Assembly: GCA_964188305.1 (NCBI GenBank) | Contig: OZ076892.1 | DNA: 64,000 nt | Direction: 5' to 3' (one strand) | Source of the DNA: Podarcis bocagei | Lineage: Eukaryota | Shown: piece after piece, positions 11,711 through 24,701 of the stretch | How the letters are laid out: every line of letters begins with the position of its first letter | Position numbering within the stretch: position 1 is the first letter of the stretch | Notes under the pieces: generated by a model | The model's database searches: none | What the model was told of the DNA's origin: nothing | Seen by the model: only the letters and a program-made list of their open reading frames with translations | Translations under genes and position numbers: made by a program

Positions 11711-12314
11711 TGTGCTGGGCCTGGGGGTAAACCCGAGCAACACGGTCCAGGTCTGGTCCAAGGGTTCCACAAAGGGTCAGTCCGACAGGGTCAAGGCAGG
11801 AAACCAGGCTAGGTCAGGCACAGGGTCACAGGCAGGTTCTAGCAAGCAGCAATGTTGCTGCCACAACCTGGGGCGGGGTCCGACAGCCTTTTATCTCTGC
11901 CGGGGTAATGGCTGGTCCTGATCCCCCGGTTACTCATCTCCCTGTCTCGCCCGAAGGTGAGCACTCCTCCTGCGAGTACTCAGGTCTCTCCTTCTCTCAG
12001 ACCTGAGTCTCTGCAGCTCGGGAGATATCGGTGGGTTACTAGACCCAGAGGCTGCCTCAGCCTCTCCTGACCCAACTGGTAGTGGAGTAGCTGTGAGTGA
12101 TTGCCCAGCTGAAGGTAATCCCCGCATCTGGAGCCAGGGCAGGCTCAGCCCCTGACTCGGCCCAGCTGATGCTTCTTGCAGGGGAACCTGTGCAGACTGG
12201 GGCTCTTCAGAATCAGACCCCAGACTTGGTTCCGATGCTACCAGAAGCAGAGGATCCGGTGCGGACTGAGACTCCTCTGGTTCTGAGTCCGAGCCCGAGT
12301 CCCAGGCCATCACA
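11711..12314 (-). mobile_element. Solo LTR, 604 bp, probably Gypsy-like
   Basis: TG...CA termini with TGTG/CACA inverted ends and a perfect 5-bp TSD GGTCA (11706-11710, 12315-12319). On the minus strand a TATA-like GATAAAAG lies near 11887-11896, followed by a GC box and GACC-rich repeats. Confidence 0.85.
11930..12310 (-). CDS. Putative LTR(U3)-encoded 126-aa protein (acidic/Ser-Pro-rich, Arg-rich C-terminus)
   Basis: ATG at nt 5 of the LTR in a good Kozak context (gtgATGG). The frame is open to TAA about 35 nt before the TATA-like box: MAWDSGSDSEPEES...LQRLRSERRRDLSTRRRSAHLRARQGDE. No expression or homology evidence. Confidence 0.4.
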   Translation of the reverse strand: MAWDSGSDSEPEESQSAPDPLLLVASEPSLGSDSEEPQSAQVPLQEASAGPSQGLSLPWLQMRGLPSAGQSLTATPLPVGSGEAEAASGSSNPPISPELQRLRSERRRDLSTRRRSAHLRARQGDE

Positions 12315-13108
12315 GGTCACTTTGTTCTCCTTTCCACCTATTTGTTCAATCCCCAAGCACACTTTGGGCAGAGGCTCTCATGGATACCTCTCCTTTATAC
12401 TCTCCACTGCCCCACTGAAGAGCTGCCTTCAGAGGGCGTGAGCTTGCGAGATGTCTCTTCAGGCTAGCAGGAAATAGTGGGGGGGGGGGGAGAGAGCCTC
12501 TCCCCGCTCCCCCCCTCTCTCTTGGAATGTACCAGGATATTTGCCAGGCTGTGGGCTGAGCCTGTGACTCAGAGTGTGCTGCCCTCCCTTGTTTGTGCCT
12601 CGATTTCCCAGGAAAGCCAGGACGGGTGTGTGTATGACAGAACAGATCTCACAGCCAAGGATGTGGCAGGCCTCCCTCGCTTAGCTCATGTGGCAGCTAC
12701 TTACACTTAGAGCACTCTGAGGGCACATACGTAGAAATTACTGCCCCTTCCCGACAAAGAAGGAAAGAAAGGGGGCGGCAGCGGCAGGAGGGAACAGTGG
12801 CGTAACACTGCTTGTGAGTGTATACAACTGTTCCTATTGATTTGCAAAAAAGCAATGTTTGAAGGGCCCAGCTGCAGAGCCCACAGTCTCAGGCCTGATG
12901 TTGGCATTCAGCCTGTGGCATACTCTGGTAGTTGGCAGGACCCGAGTGCCCTGGATACTGGCTACGGGTGTCCTGCAGTTCTGGCTGAGCTGGGAGCTGC
13001 CACCAGGGAAAGGCTGCAACTTAAATGCAAACTGAACTGAACTTCTCCTCCATCCCTACATGTGTTTATAAGCAGAGAACTGGAGCAATTTCAGAAAACT
13101 AAGGGGGG

Positions 13109-13109
<1 letters not shown>

Positions 13110-13164
<55 letters not shown>
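13110..13164. repeat. (GA)n microsatellite
   Basis: Seen directly. Confidence 0.95.
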
Positions 13165-13167
<3 letters not shown>

Positions 13168-13709
13168 TATGTGGATAAGTGCTAACAATGACATTGTGTG
13201 GCTCATGCGTCTTTGGCCTGTGGGGCTACATGCCTTCGGAATGCAGTGTTCTCAAGAGGGCACAATGCCACCACACGTCTGTGCTCATCACAGCTCTATG
13301 CTTGGCTCCTTCTTCCTTTGTCTTGGCAGCCTGGAGAAGAGCCTGTCAGTGGGTCAGCCCCGAACAGCCCAGGAAGTGATGACAAGGCAGCCTTAAAGGG
13401 ACGGCAGCCTAAGTGCCAGACAGGGAGAGCAGTTACTATCAACCATGGTGACAAGTCCCTGCATGCACACTCTCCCAACTGGGGATGGGCAAACTCAGCC
13501 ATGGCTTCACTTGGCACAGGAACAAGGCTGTAACCACGGGGGATCTATGGAGTTATTCCAGACTCCCGCCTTCATGGATTTTCAGGCTTTTTATTTTAAA
13601 AAAAGTTATCATTCTACTTATATTCTACTTACTGTATAAGGAAAAATGTGTAGAGTGTTCTGCTCAGCTACTCACCAAGAAGACTTTCAGTTCATTTTGG
13701 CTACCTGTA

Positions 13710-13924
13710 CATTGGTACTTTGGGTTAAGAACTTAATTCGTTCTGGAGGTCCATTCTTAACCTGAAACTGTTCTTAACCTGGGATACCGCTTTAGCTAAT
13801 GGGGCCTCCTGCTGCCGCTGCACGATTTCTGTTCTCATCCTGAAGCAAAGTTCTTAACCCAAGGTACTATTTCTGGGTTAGCGGAGTCTGTAACCTGAAG
13901 TGTCTGTAACCCAAGGTACCACTG
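13710..13924. mobile_element. Tc1/mariner-type MITE, family A
   Basis: Same TIRs and body, TA flanks, same orientation as the 3842 copy. Confidence 0.9.
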
Positions 13925-14439
13925 TATATGTACAGGCTGCCACCTTCACCCCATCCCCACAACTTTCCTCGCTATGGGCTTCCCATACACAGCCTGGGAT
14001 GTCTCAGATACCCACCGTGAGTTGCTTGCTGGACACCTGAGGTACCACTGTAGTGAGGTAGATGCAACAGCTGAAACAGTCCCAGGTGAGGTTTCCAATG
14101 CCCTATCAAGTCTTGTTTGGTGGGATCAGTTTCAGTATTAATGTATTAACAGCCAGTTGACACTGACAAGAGTGCTTGTGAGCATGTCTTCAGCAGCTTT
14201 CCCTCTGGATTCTTGCCCTTAATGATTGATTAAAGCTAGCTGGGGGTGGGTGGGCGTGACTGGATGCATTCAGGGCATGGTCAATGTGTCTTTGTGTGAT
14301 GGGGTGGTGCTGGCCACCTTGAAGGAGTAATAGTGCAGGCCCTCCTGACCCCTCCCCCCACCTTAGACACACTGGTACATTACAACTACCACCCTGTTGC
14401 AAATGCCTTCTTTGGGGGCAGGGTACTTGAGTGGGTCAT

Positions 14440-14835
14440 GCAGCTGTAGGCATTCTTGGAGCAAAGTGGTTTTCTAGATCTAGTCCAATCTAGGTTCAGA
14501 CCTGGGCTGGGGACTGAATCCACCTTGGCTGCCCTGATGGATTACCTCTATCAGGAAAGCGACACGGGGAATGCAGCCCTGTTGCTCTTACTAGATCTCT
14601 CATCAGCTTTTGTTACAATTGACCGTGGTCTCCTTCTGGACTGGGAGGAAGGGTATGGAGGGTACTGTTCTGCCGTGGTCCCAGTCCTATCTCCAAGGAC
14701 AGTTCCAGGAAGTAGCATTGAATAAGTGCTTCTTGGCTTCCTGGAGCTTGAGATTCAGGGTGCTGCCTCTGATGCTATTTAACATCCCCATGAAATTCTT
14801 AGGAGCAGTCATTAAGAGTTCTGGAGCAAGCGTTG
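14440..14835 (+). mobile_element. L2 reverse-transcriptase fragment (degenerate)
   Basis: LDLVQSRFRPGLGTESTL...LLLLLDLSSAFVTID corresponds to the QSGFR...TETAL...LLDLSAAFDTVD motifs. Frameshifted. Confidence 0.85.
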
Positions 14836-17800
14836 TCCACCCACTATTATGCAACTACAAATGGAAGTCTGTGAATGAGTGCTGTCACATTGAAAGGGGG
14901 ACTTGCAAGCATTCAGGGTGTGTGTGTGTGTGTGTTTTTTTTTAACAAAAAGGAAGGAAAGAAAAAATATGCCAGAGGGCAAAGTCTCTGATTGCAATAG
15001 CCCAGAGAAGATAATATTTCTGGTTTTCCAGGGAAGCTCCAACTTGGGGCAGCTCCTACCATTCAGAAGAAGTGTAGAAATGAAATGGGAAAATTGCATA
15101 GCTGCTGCTTCCAGCCTTGTGTGCTGGATTCTGTAATGAACCCAATACCCTTTTAAGTAACTGAATTGTTGCTGGAAAAGTCACATCTATGGCACATTCT
15201 GTTGTAAGGTTTCCAAACATGTAACAGCACCACCTGTTGGTGCATTTTCTGTGCTCTCTCTCTCTCTTTCCAGATTTAAGGGCCAGATTTAAGAAGAGGT
15301 ATGACCCAGGCAACCATATAGGGTGCCGGACTTTGTGGGGGGAGGAGAGGCTCAACTGCCGAGTCAGATATTCACTCAGCAGTGGAAAGAAATAGCACAA
15401 ATTGTTCATCTTCCCTTAGAAAGCTCACAATAGTAGCCTCTGTGGCCAGATTTGCATAAAGGTTCAGAGAACGAGGTTCCTATTTTCATGTTTGGTGGGA
15501 GTCTACCATAGTCCATGCCTTTTGGCGAAAAGTTTTTAATCTGACCTCCAAAACAATCTATCCCTCCTAATTCAGCACTTGCCTTATTATCGTTAGATTT
15601 GACTCCACCCTTAAATCTAAAGAATTAATTTCCTTCCTGTTAACTGCAGTTAGACTAGTTGTAGTCGAACGATGGAAGGAAACATCTATATACCAATAGA
15701 GGCTTGAGTTAATAACATCTGGGGCTAACAGAATGCCTCACATACAATTGGCGTCTAATCAAAGGCATCCCGAAAAGGATACCTTTGCCATGATCTGGTC
15801 TCCCTTTTTCTCTTTTATTGAAGAAGAACAGGATATTTTTGCCTCTGGCCACAACTGGCATGCAGCCCTTGGGCTGAAAAAGAATCCCCCCCCCCAACCT
15901 GGTGTGTTTACTTAATCAATTTTTAAAAAGTTGAAAAGGACTGTCAAATATACCTTTGTGTAGGGCTGGCTAGAACACCAAGCTAGGGTTCTCATCCTTC
16001 GCAGGAGGTGTAGATGCACACCACAATATTTTGTCAAAGCTACCACCTTTTTAAAAAATGCATTGGTTTCCCACTCTGCGCTGACCCAAAGGAACGCAAT
16101 AGGCAGTCAAGATAGATGTGCTTTGCTGCTCTGTGTGCTTGAGCTTTGCATGCCATCGTAGTATCGGAGGGCTTGGCGCACGTGCAGAGCGGAGGACCCA
16201 TGCCATGTGTGCAGGCAGCGGCATCTCTGCAGGCCCTCAGGAGACGTTCATGACCTTCTGTGTGGCCTAGTGCCTGGTTTCCGGGGGTGGAGTGGGGTGG
16301 GGGGCTGGAAACGCTCCAGCTGCGCTGAAGATCACAGAATGGAAAATAAAAGCTGGCCCACCCTCAAAAGGATTTGGTCCGCGTTAGCGTCCAATGACTG
16401 GCTGCTCCCCAAAGTTCCTTTGGACCGGAATTCTGCTGGAACAGACTCCCGGGGGAATGGCTGTGAACCTTCTCTTTGTGAGCAAATAGCTTTCTCTGCA
16501 GGACTGTGGTATTTCTGTCTCTGCCTCCAGCACGCTTAGAGGAAGAAGGAGTGGAGAAGAGAATGTATTTAGAGATGCAAGGGTTTTTGTTTTTTTTTTA
16601 AAAAAATAAAATAAAATAAAAAAGCATTATTTTTTTAAAGCCAACCCTTCAGATCTCTGTTTACCATTATGGAGGCCAATGTAACAGTACAAGTTGAGGC
16701 CGTTTGTTCCCAAGTGGGCAGACGGAGTCAGTTTGAACAGCTTCACAGGATGTCTAACGGTCAAAAGCTCCTAGAAAAATATACCTCCGTATTAAATATC
16801 TATTATCATGACTTAACTAAGGGCAGGGTCCTCCCCTCCCCTCCTTTCCTTTTTTATCCTTGTCCAATCTGCAAATATTCTGGACTGCTGTTGTCTTAAT
16901 GCAGCGTTCCCCAACTTGGCACACCCTCCGGAAATTTTGGCCAGCAACTCCATTCGCCCCCTGCCAGCCCAGCCATGTTGGCTTTAGATGTGGTTAAACT
17001 ACAGCTCCCATAATCCCTGGGCATTGGCCATGCTGCGTCAGGGCTGATGGAAGTTGTAGTCCAAAACACCTGGAGGACACCAGATTGGGGAAAGCTGTCT
17101 TAATGGGCATTCTGATTTTGAGTCCTAGAAACCAGGGAACAGGAAACCTTTCAGAGTCTGATCTAACCCATCTGCATGGGCAAGACTTGTTCCCACTGAA
17201 TATTTGTCCTGTAGGTTAATGCATTCCAGAGCATTTTTTTTGGACCAGTTTCTTGCAACCTGCCATTATGTTAAATTTCACAGCTTTTGAGAAGCTGCTA
17301 CATGCTATAGATTCTCAGCTTTAGAAAGAAAAAAAAGCTCTGTTGTCCTCTTGTGGTCAAGCCACAATGAGAGAAAAAGCAATGGTGAAAAACTGAGGGC
17401 AGACTGAACCCTCCTTGAATCCTGTGTTCCTCCTTTTGCATTGGAGGGAGATACCCACACATAATCTCTTTGAGCCCTGATTTGTACCATAATCTGAATT
17501 TCAAAAAGAGAGGGCTCAAGGGACTTTCCAAAATGTTACATTTCCATGCAAGTGAGGTTTTTTTTTAAGTACAATGTATGGATTTTTTTGAAAAGCAGTT
17601 CATTTTTCTGCGCAGTTGTTGCACTTTTGCAATTTTGAAATACTACCATTGAATATAATGCACATTGTGTGTTTCTGTTTGTGTGTAATCATTCCTCTGT
17701 TTTTCTGAGAATGCTCCCCTCCCCTCAAATGTTTGGAGTTTCCGAAGGTGAAATTCCTCTAACATTTAGGAACTTTAAAATCTTGGAGATATTATATGGT

Positions 17801-20130
17801 GGAACTTATGCTCTGCGTGGCCACATGTGGCTTGAGAAGAAATCTGTTAAAAACCAATTATCTCCACAAAATTGGAGGCCTGCACACTCTGAGTTTCTGG
17901 AACATTATAAATAATTCCATGGATCTGTTTGCCCTGCTCATCCTGGCATTTTGAATTTCACCGAATATTAACTGCAGAAGATCTTTTAAGTGTGCCAGAT
18001 TTCGTCTTCCTGTATGATGATGAGATATAATGTGGCCTATATAGGGACAAGGAACTGGCCGGCAAATTCTGTGGAGCAAGTTTCTTGAACCAGAAAGTCA
18101 GGTGAGCAGGAGGAGCCAATCAAGCTCTATTTCCTGCTAGATAGCCACCAGATTGTGCTGCAGTCTCTTGCATCAGGTGGAGTTATTAAGATTCCACACA
18201 AAGACATATCTGACAGTCCATTTTTAAAAATTAATAATTAAAAATTGATTGATTAATTCATTGATTAAGCCTTTCAGCCCTATTTAAAATGCCTCATCCT
18301 AGCCACCAAGGATCAATGTCTGAACACCACCCGTTTACACACAGTTGAAGGCTTTCTTCTCTGTAGGTTTGCCAGTCTTCCAAGAGTGCCAACAATGAGG
18401 ATGATAGGTTGTTGCATATAGCTTGCAAGCTTCAGCCCAGCAGGAGCTGGCTGCAAATTATAGCACAAACACTCGGGGGCAGGAGTGTTGCCCACCTCCT
18501 CTCCCCTCTTCCAACTGACCTCCATCTCCAGGGCCTGCTCCTGTGACATTACCGGGGGCCACCTCTAGGTGTCAGGTTTGAGCCCTGAAATATAGTTTGG
18601 GATGCTCCTGACATTGTAACGCTACTTCTCTGCTTCAGTTCTACTTTAAATGGATGCTTCCTTCTTCCCAAAAGGGACTTAATCTGCAAATGGGTCATTC
18701 ACAAATGTGTCAATGGCAACAGGTTTTTTAAATTTTCACTTACTGAACCTCCTCTCTAAAGGGTAAATACGGATTAAATGGGGAAGAATTACAGGCTGGT
18801 ATTTTGATGCCAGGGACATTGTGTGGATGCTGCAAAAACAAAAACTAACTTTTTATTTACTAGCAAATTTATATGCAGCTTCTTTCACGTATGATGCAAT
18901 TCCATTTTTTTTTTTTGCAATCCTCAAGAGGCCACTTTAGACACAACAGTGACTGAGTGATTTGACAGGGATAGCTATTTATTTATTTATTCATTTGCTT
19001 ATTATTTTCTTAACATTTATACCTCACCTTTCATCCAAGGAGCTCAAGGTGGCGTACATAGTTCCCCCTCCCTATTTTATCCTCACAACAACCCTGTGAG
19101 TTTAGTTTAGACTGACAGGTAGCTGCTGGCCCAAGGCCGCCCAGTGAGCTGAGTGGAGGTTCGAACCCTTGTGCCACACAGTCCCTATTCTCTACAACAG
19201 GAGCCTAAGGCTGCTTTAGACATTCCACATTTTGTGTGGAAGGCATTTGGTAGCTTACCTACAGTGCTGTTCACGCCAGCCTCTCCTTAGCAAGAGAACT
19301 ACTTTCTACCCACTGTTTTGTGTCAAGGGACCTACAACTCCCCTTCCAGGCTGTGTGGCTTTGTCGCTCCTGCACCTATATGTTCAACTTCCTAGCCACC
19401 AAGGATTGCGGAAAAGGGGGCGTGCCAGAGAGGGAGGGCCCGAGCCCCTCATGGGAAAGGGTGCATGGCTGAGTTAATGAAGGGATGCTGTAAGGACTCT
19501 AGGTGGAGGAAATTGAGCCCTGGGGAGAGAATACTGTAATTTCATGCAAAAATTACACGTTAGCTCGGTGAGATGTTCTGCACCGCTTCTGGTGACCAGC
19601 ACAGGGGGGTAATTAGAACTCTGCCTATTAGAGAGCCGAGGGCTTCTCCGACTCCTCTGGGGGAAATTCAGCCCCCAAAGGAAACGGTTTCGACTCAAGA
19701 GTGATCATGTGGCACTGGTGGTAATTGCTATTCTGGAATGAGGACTTCAGCATGATCCAAAACAGGGCAGCTCGCTGCAGGATCTTGTAGGCCTGCTACA
19801 GCTGTGTTTCATTGCACTGATATTTGAATTCTTCCCTTTTGCTCCAGTAAGCTCCAGGAGGCAGTGTAGCATCCATGGAGTTTTGAGGAGTTTCTCATCC
19901 AGGCGCCAGCTAGATCTAGAATGGCTTTGCTTCAGTAAGGGTGCTTCATCAGGTGCCTTCAAAATGTAGCCTGAGCTAAGCAAAAAGCAAAACAACAACA
20001 AACAAACATACTGCCAATGGGAGGCCTTCAGAACATATATACAACATGTAAAACACTTGAGAGACCTGCTGTTATTTTTGGTCTTATTTTGATGCTGGTT
20101 TTATTATTGTCCTGTCTATGTCTGCTTTAA

Positions 20131-20479
20131 GGGACGTGGGTGGCGCTGTGGGTTAAACCAAAGAGCCTAGGACTTGCCGATCAGAAGGTTGGTGGTTCAA
20201 ATCCCCACGACAGGGTGAGCTCCCGTTGCTTGGTCCCTGCTCCTGCCAACCTAGTAGTTTGAAACCACGTCAAAGTGCAAGTAGATAAATAGGTACCGCT
20301 CCGGGGGGAAGGTAAACGGCATTTCCGTGCACTGCTCTGGTTTGCCAGAAGTGGCTTAGTCATGCTGGCCACATGACCCGGAAGCTGTACGCCGGCTCCC
20401 TCGGCCAATAAAGCGAAATGAGCGCTGCAACCCCAGAGTTGTCCACAACTGGACCTAATGGTCAGGGGTCCCTTTACCT
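20131..20479 (+). mobile_element. Full-length Sauria-type SINE
   Basis: tRNA-like head with A box (tggcgctgtggg) and B box (ggttcaaatcc), typical body, CCTTTACCTT tail, and a perfect 14-bp TSD TATGTCTGCTTTAA (20117-20130, 20480-20493). Confidence 0.9.
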
Positions 20480-22248
20480 TATGTCTGCTTTAAATGGCCA
20501 GTCAGATGCACTGCATCTCTGTTTCAATAACTGAAATTTTATTTCTAAATTTACAGCTATCCAGAAAAACCTGCAGTTACCCATGCACATGCATATTTTA
20601 TGCATACATCTGACCTTTTCATGTCTATCACATTTATATCCCACTTTTCCTCCAAGGAGCTCAAGGCAGCATCTAGGCTTCCTCTTCTTTGCCATATTAT
20701 CCTCCCAGCAGCCCTGTGAGGCAGGCTAGGCCAAGAGACCATGACTGGCCCAAGATCACATCCTCAGATTTATGGCTGATCAGGAATTTGAACCCTGGTC
20801 TCCTAGGTCCTACCACTGCACCACAATGGCTCTCTTTGGCAATGCACAGGCGACCAAAGTTGCAGGGTCAAAGTCCATCCTATAGTGGCATGGGTTGAAG
20901 GACCCACTGGGAGGTTTAGGATGCAGTTTAAGAGCGGGGCAGTTGTGAACAAGAGAGCCGTCTCTCAAAACTGACACCAACTCTGTGACTGCTTTGGTTT
21001 CTCTCTTTGCAATAATTAAAAAACAAACACTTTGTTTTATGATGTATCATTTGGAAGATAGGAAACTGTTTTATCTGACTATGTAGCCATCTCATCCAGT
21101 TCTGCTTGCTTTGATGCATCGTGGTCTCTCCAAGATCTTGGGTTGAGGCAGGTCCATCCTATCACCTGCTACCCGTTCTTTTTCCAGCGGGAGATAGAAG
21201 CCGGGACCTTTTGCCTGCGCATCATGTACTCAGCCACTGAGCTAAGCGCTCCTTGTGCTAACTCGTGAGTCTTGCTTATTTCGCCCTCTCTGCAAAAACA
21301 TATTTAATTCCTATGCTCCTTCTGATTGTGGGACTCTTCTGTGCACTTATTTTGCAGCCGTCTTTTTTTAACCATGCTAAATTTGTGCACAGCTAGACAT
21401 CTGCCTTTCTCAGACACTACTAACTTTGCTGGGGTGTGCAAAACTGAAAAGAAGAAGGAGAAGAAGAAGGGGGGGGACTTGAAAAGATAGCTCTGTGGGA
21501 TCGCAAAATAGGCGGGTGCTAGCAGAACAGAAGATAACAAAGTCAAGAAGACTGGAGAGAGGGTGGGCGTACGCAAATCAGATTTAAACGATTAAAAAAG
21601 CACTTGCAAATGTGGGGGAGGAAGGGTGGGACAGTGTCCAGAATGACGGGAGTTGTGAAATGTTTTGCAACAGCTAAGGGACTCTGCAGGAAAAAGAGAG
21701 AGAAAAGTAACTATATTAGGAGGCACTTGGTTTAGCTCTGAAAAAAGCCCTCAAGAAAAACACAAAGAAACCAGGACAAGTTACAGTTATCGGGAGGGGA
21801 GTCATACAAGTTACTAGAAATACTTAGAGCTTGATTTATTCCTGAACAAAATTTGGGGAAAATACTGTGCAGAGCTTTTCTAGATCCAGGAAAGCTTGAG
21901 CTGCCTCCCCCAAAATACATTCATGGAATCCACAAAGAAGAGCTATCTCACTTTCATAGAAAGCGGCCTTACACACAGGCCTATCTAGCTTAGTGTTGCC
22001 CACACTGACTGGCAGTGGCTCTCCAGAGTCCCAGGTAGAGGTGTTTCCAAGCCCTGCCTGGAAATGATGGGGATTTAACGCAGTAGATTCTTCATGCAGA
22101 GCATGTGCTCTGCCACTGAGCTATAGCACTTTTCTAACTGGCCATATATAAGAACCAATCTTTTAGTGTTGTCTTGGAAGAAGGACATGAGGCATCTCAG
22201 GCTTAAATGTCTTCCACAGGGACAGGCACAACGTAGATTGGGCTCTAC

Positions 22249-22363
22249 CAGCCCTGTTCAGGGAAGTTTTTAATATGTAACGCTGTACTGTTTTTAACAC
22301 TGATTGGGAGCCGCCCAGAGTGGCTAGGGAAACTCAGCCAGATGGGCGGGGTATAAATAATAA

Positions 22364-22417
<54 letters not shown>
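22249..22417 (+). mobile_element. L2-type 3' end with a long (ATT)n tail
   Basis: agccgcccagagtggc...agatgggcggggtataaataataaa followed by (TTA)n. Confidence 0.7.
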
Positions 22418-22419
<2 letters not shown>

Positions 22420-22468
22420 AGTAGATCAGCAAAGGTTTCTAACTACCAACTGTTTACCTATACCAGTA

Positions 22469-22710
22469 CAGTGGTACCTTAGGTTAAGTACTTAATTCGT
22501 TCTGGAGGTCCGTACTTAACCTGAAATTGTTCTTAACCTGAAGCACCACTTTAGCTAATGGGCCCTCCTCCTGCTGCTGTGCCGCCAGAGCACAATTTCT
22601 GTTCTCATCCTGAAGCAAAGTTCTTAACCTGAAGCACTATTTCTGGGTTAGCGGAGTCTGTAACCTGAAGTGTATGTAACCTGAAGCATATGTAACCCGA
22701 GGTACCACTG
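22469..22710. mobile_element. Tc1/mariner-type MITE, family A
   Basis: cagtggtacc...ggtaccactg with TA flanks, same orientation as the 3842 copy. Confidence 0.92.
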
Positions 22711-23160
22711 TACCAGCAAAAGAGCTTCTCCTTCACCCTAAATCGGGCTATTAGATTCCTTCATCTGTAGCAACTTGAATGTAGATGTGTGTTTATATGT
22801 GTAGCTCATCTCTATACATGGTTCACGGGGCACAGTAGGACGTTTGCTCCACCCCCTGAACCCCACTTTGCACTGGGCTCCCCTTTCCATAAGAAACTAT
22901 TTTGCACTTGGCTCTGGTCAGTAGACCTCATCCTGCTACCGAAACAACAACAGCAAAGTAAATCCTGCTAGACCGAAATCTGCCCACACTTGGTCAAAGC
23001 CATTGTTCTAAAGCTGGTAACTCGAATATTGTGTCCTGTGGACACAACCACCCTTTTCTTCTTAGAGTTTCCTTAGAAGAGAAAGGATAAGGACAGAGGT
23101 GACATATCTCTAAACAGAAGTTGCTGGGAATCACAAGTGGGAGATAGCTGTGGCACTCAG

Positions 23161-23405
23161 AAGAAGAAGAGTTTAGATTTGATATCCCGCTTTATCACTA
23201 CCCTAAGGAGTCTCAAAGCGGCTAACATTCTCCTTTCCCTTCCTCCCCCACAACAAACACTCTGTGAGGTGAGTGAGGCTGAGAGACTTCAGAGAAGTGT
23301 GACTGGCGCATGGTCACCCAGCAACTGCATGTGGAGGAGCGGAGACGCGAACCCAGTTCCCCAGATTACGAGACTACCGCTCTTAACCACTACACCACAC
23401 TGGCT
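23161..23405 (-). mobile_element. Young tRNA/CORE-like SINE with (TTC)n tail
   Basis: The minus strand starts agccagtgtggtgtagtggttaagagcgg, with B box ggttcgcgtc. CTCAG is repeated at both flanks. Confidence 0.8.
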
Positions 23406-24381
23406 CTCAGGTCCTGCTTGCACTGTGAGGACCCATTGCTGGGCTGCATGGGCCTTTGGGCTAATGTAGCAGGGCTGTAATGTTCTTAATGCAGGACGTT
23501 GGGGAGTATGGAAAGAGGTGAGGTGAAAATAGGTCACCAAAGAGAGGCAGAAGCAGCAAAGTGCCTATAGCAAAATGTGGCAGCTGGGGGAGAGGGGCGA
23601 GTCCTTGCCTGAAAGTTACTGCTTCATGAAACTGGAAAAGCTGCTGGATTATTTTTTAGTCCCCTCCCTCCAAAATGTAGGGTGCCCTGAAAACTTTGGG
23701 CAGATCATGGGGCCTCCTTCCTCAGGTTTTGCTGTCTGTTACATTACTGCCAACCATTCATCTGCTGGTGAGGGCTTGGAGCGCGGAGGTCCGTTGCCAT
23801 GGTGCTAATGCACTGTCCACAGGGAAACACCTGGCCTTCCTCCCTGCCCCCCCTCCCCACGGGTGTTGCTGTTAACTCCTTCGCCGCAGCGCTCTGGGAG
23901 ACTTCATCCTTGTCATGGTGACTGCCGGGAGGATTTCTCTGCCTCTCACTGCTCCCGTTGCCCAAAGAGCCCAGGGGGAAAAACAGAGGCAGAGCATGTT
24001 TCCCAATTAAAATACTGCAGCCTCACAGAAGTCGGCCGCCGAGGCCCCTTGAATGTCGGAGCTCCTGCGAGACGAGAGAGGAAAGTGGAGCACTTTCCAG
24101 AGGAGTGGATGAAGCCATCAGTTCTGATGCTTTCCAGCAGCTCAAGGGAGGCAGGCCAGGATGTCCTCGGTGCTGTTTCCTGGACCTCAACACCTCCAGG
24201 GATGAGTCTGCTGCATCAGGCCAGTGGTCCATCTAGTCCACCATCCTGCTCTTGCAGTGGCCAACCAGATGCCTTTGGGAAACCTGCAAGCAGGACCTGA
24301 GCTCAAGAGCCCTCTTTCCTCCTGTGGCTTCCAGCAACTGGTATTCAGAAGTATCACTGCCTCAGAGTCATTGTGGCTAGT

Positions 24382-24678
24382 TGTTGTTCTTTAGTCGTTT
24401 AGTCGTGTCCGACTCTTCATGACCCCATGGACCAGAGCACGCCAGGCACTCCTGTCTTCCACTGCCTCCCGCAGTTTCCTCAAACTCATGCTGGTAGCTT
24501 CGAGAACACTGTCCAACCATCTCATCCTCTGTCGTCCCCTTCTCCTTGTGCCCTCCATCTTTCCCAACATCAGGGTCTATTCCAGGGAGTCTTCTCTTCT
24601 CACGAGGTGGCCAAAGTATTGGAGCCTCAGCTTCACGACCTGTCCTTCCAGTGAGCACTCAGGGCTGATTTCCTTAAG
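24382..24678 (-). mobile_element. Bov-B (RTE) LINE 3' fragment
   Basis: Encodes the Bov-B ORF C-terminus with a (CAA)n tail. 12-bp TSD ATTGTGGCTAGT (24370-24381, 24679-24690). Confidence 0.9.
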
Positions 24679-24701
24679 ATTGTGGCTAGTAGCCATTGGT
24701 A

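Noticed and set aside
14035-14052. Isolated MITE terminus (cctgaggtaccactgta)
   Set aside because: Too short to call as an element. Possibly a local by-product of the copy ending at 13924.
15225-15243. CTCF-like motif (ccaacaggtggtgctg on the minus strand)
   Set aside because: Two deviations from the core and no supporting data. It cannot be told from chance.
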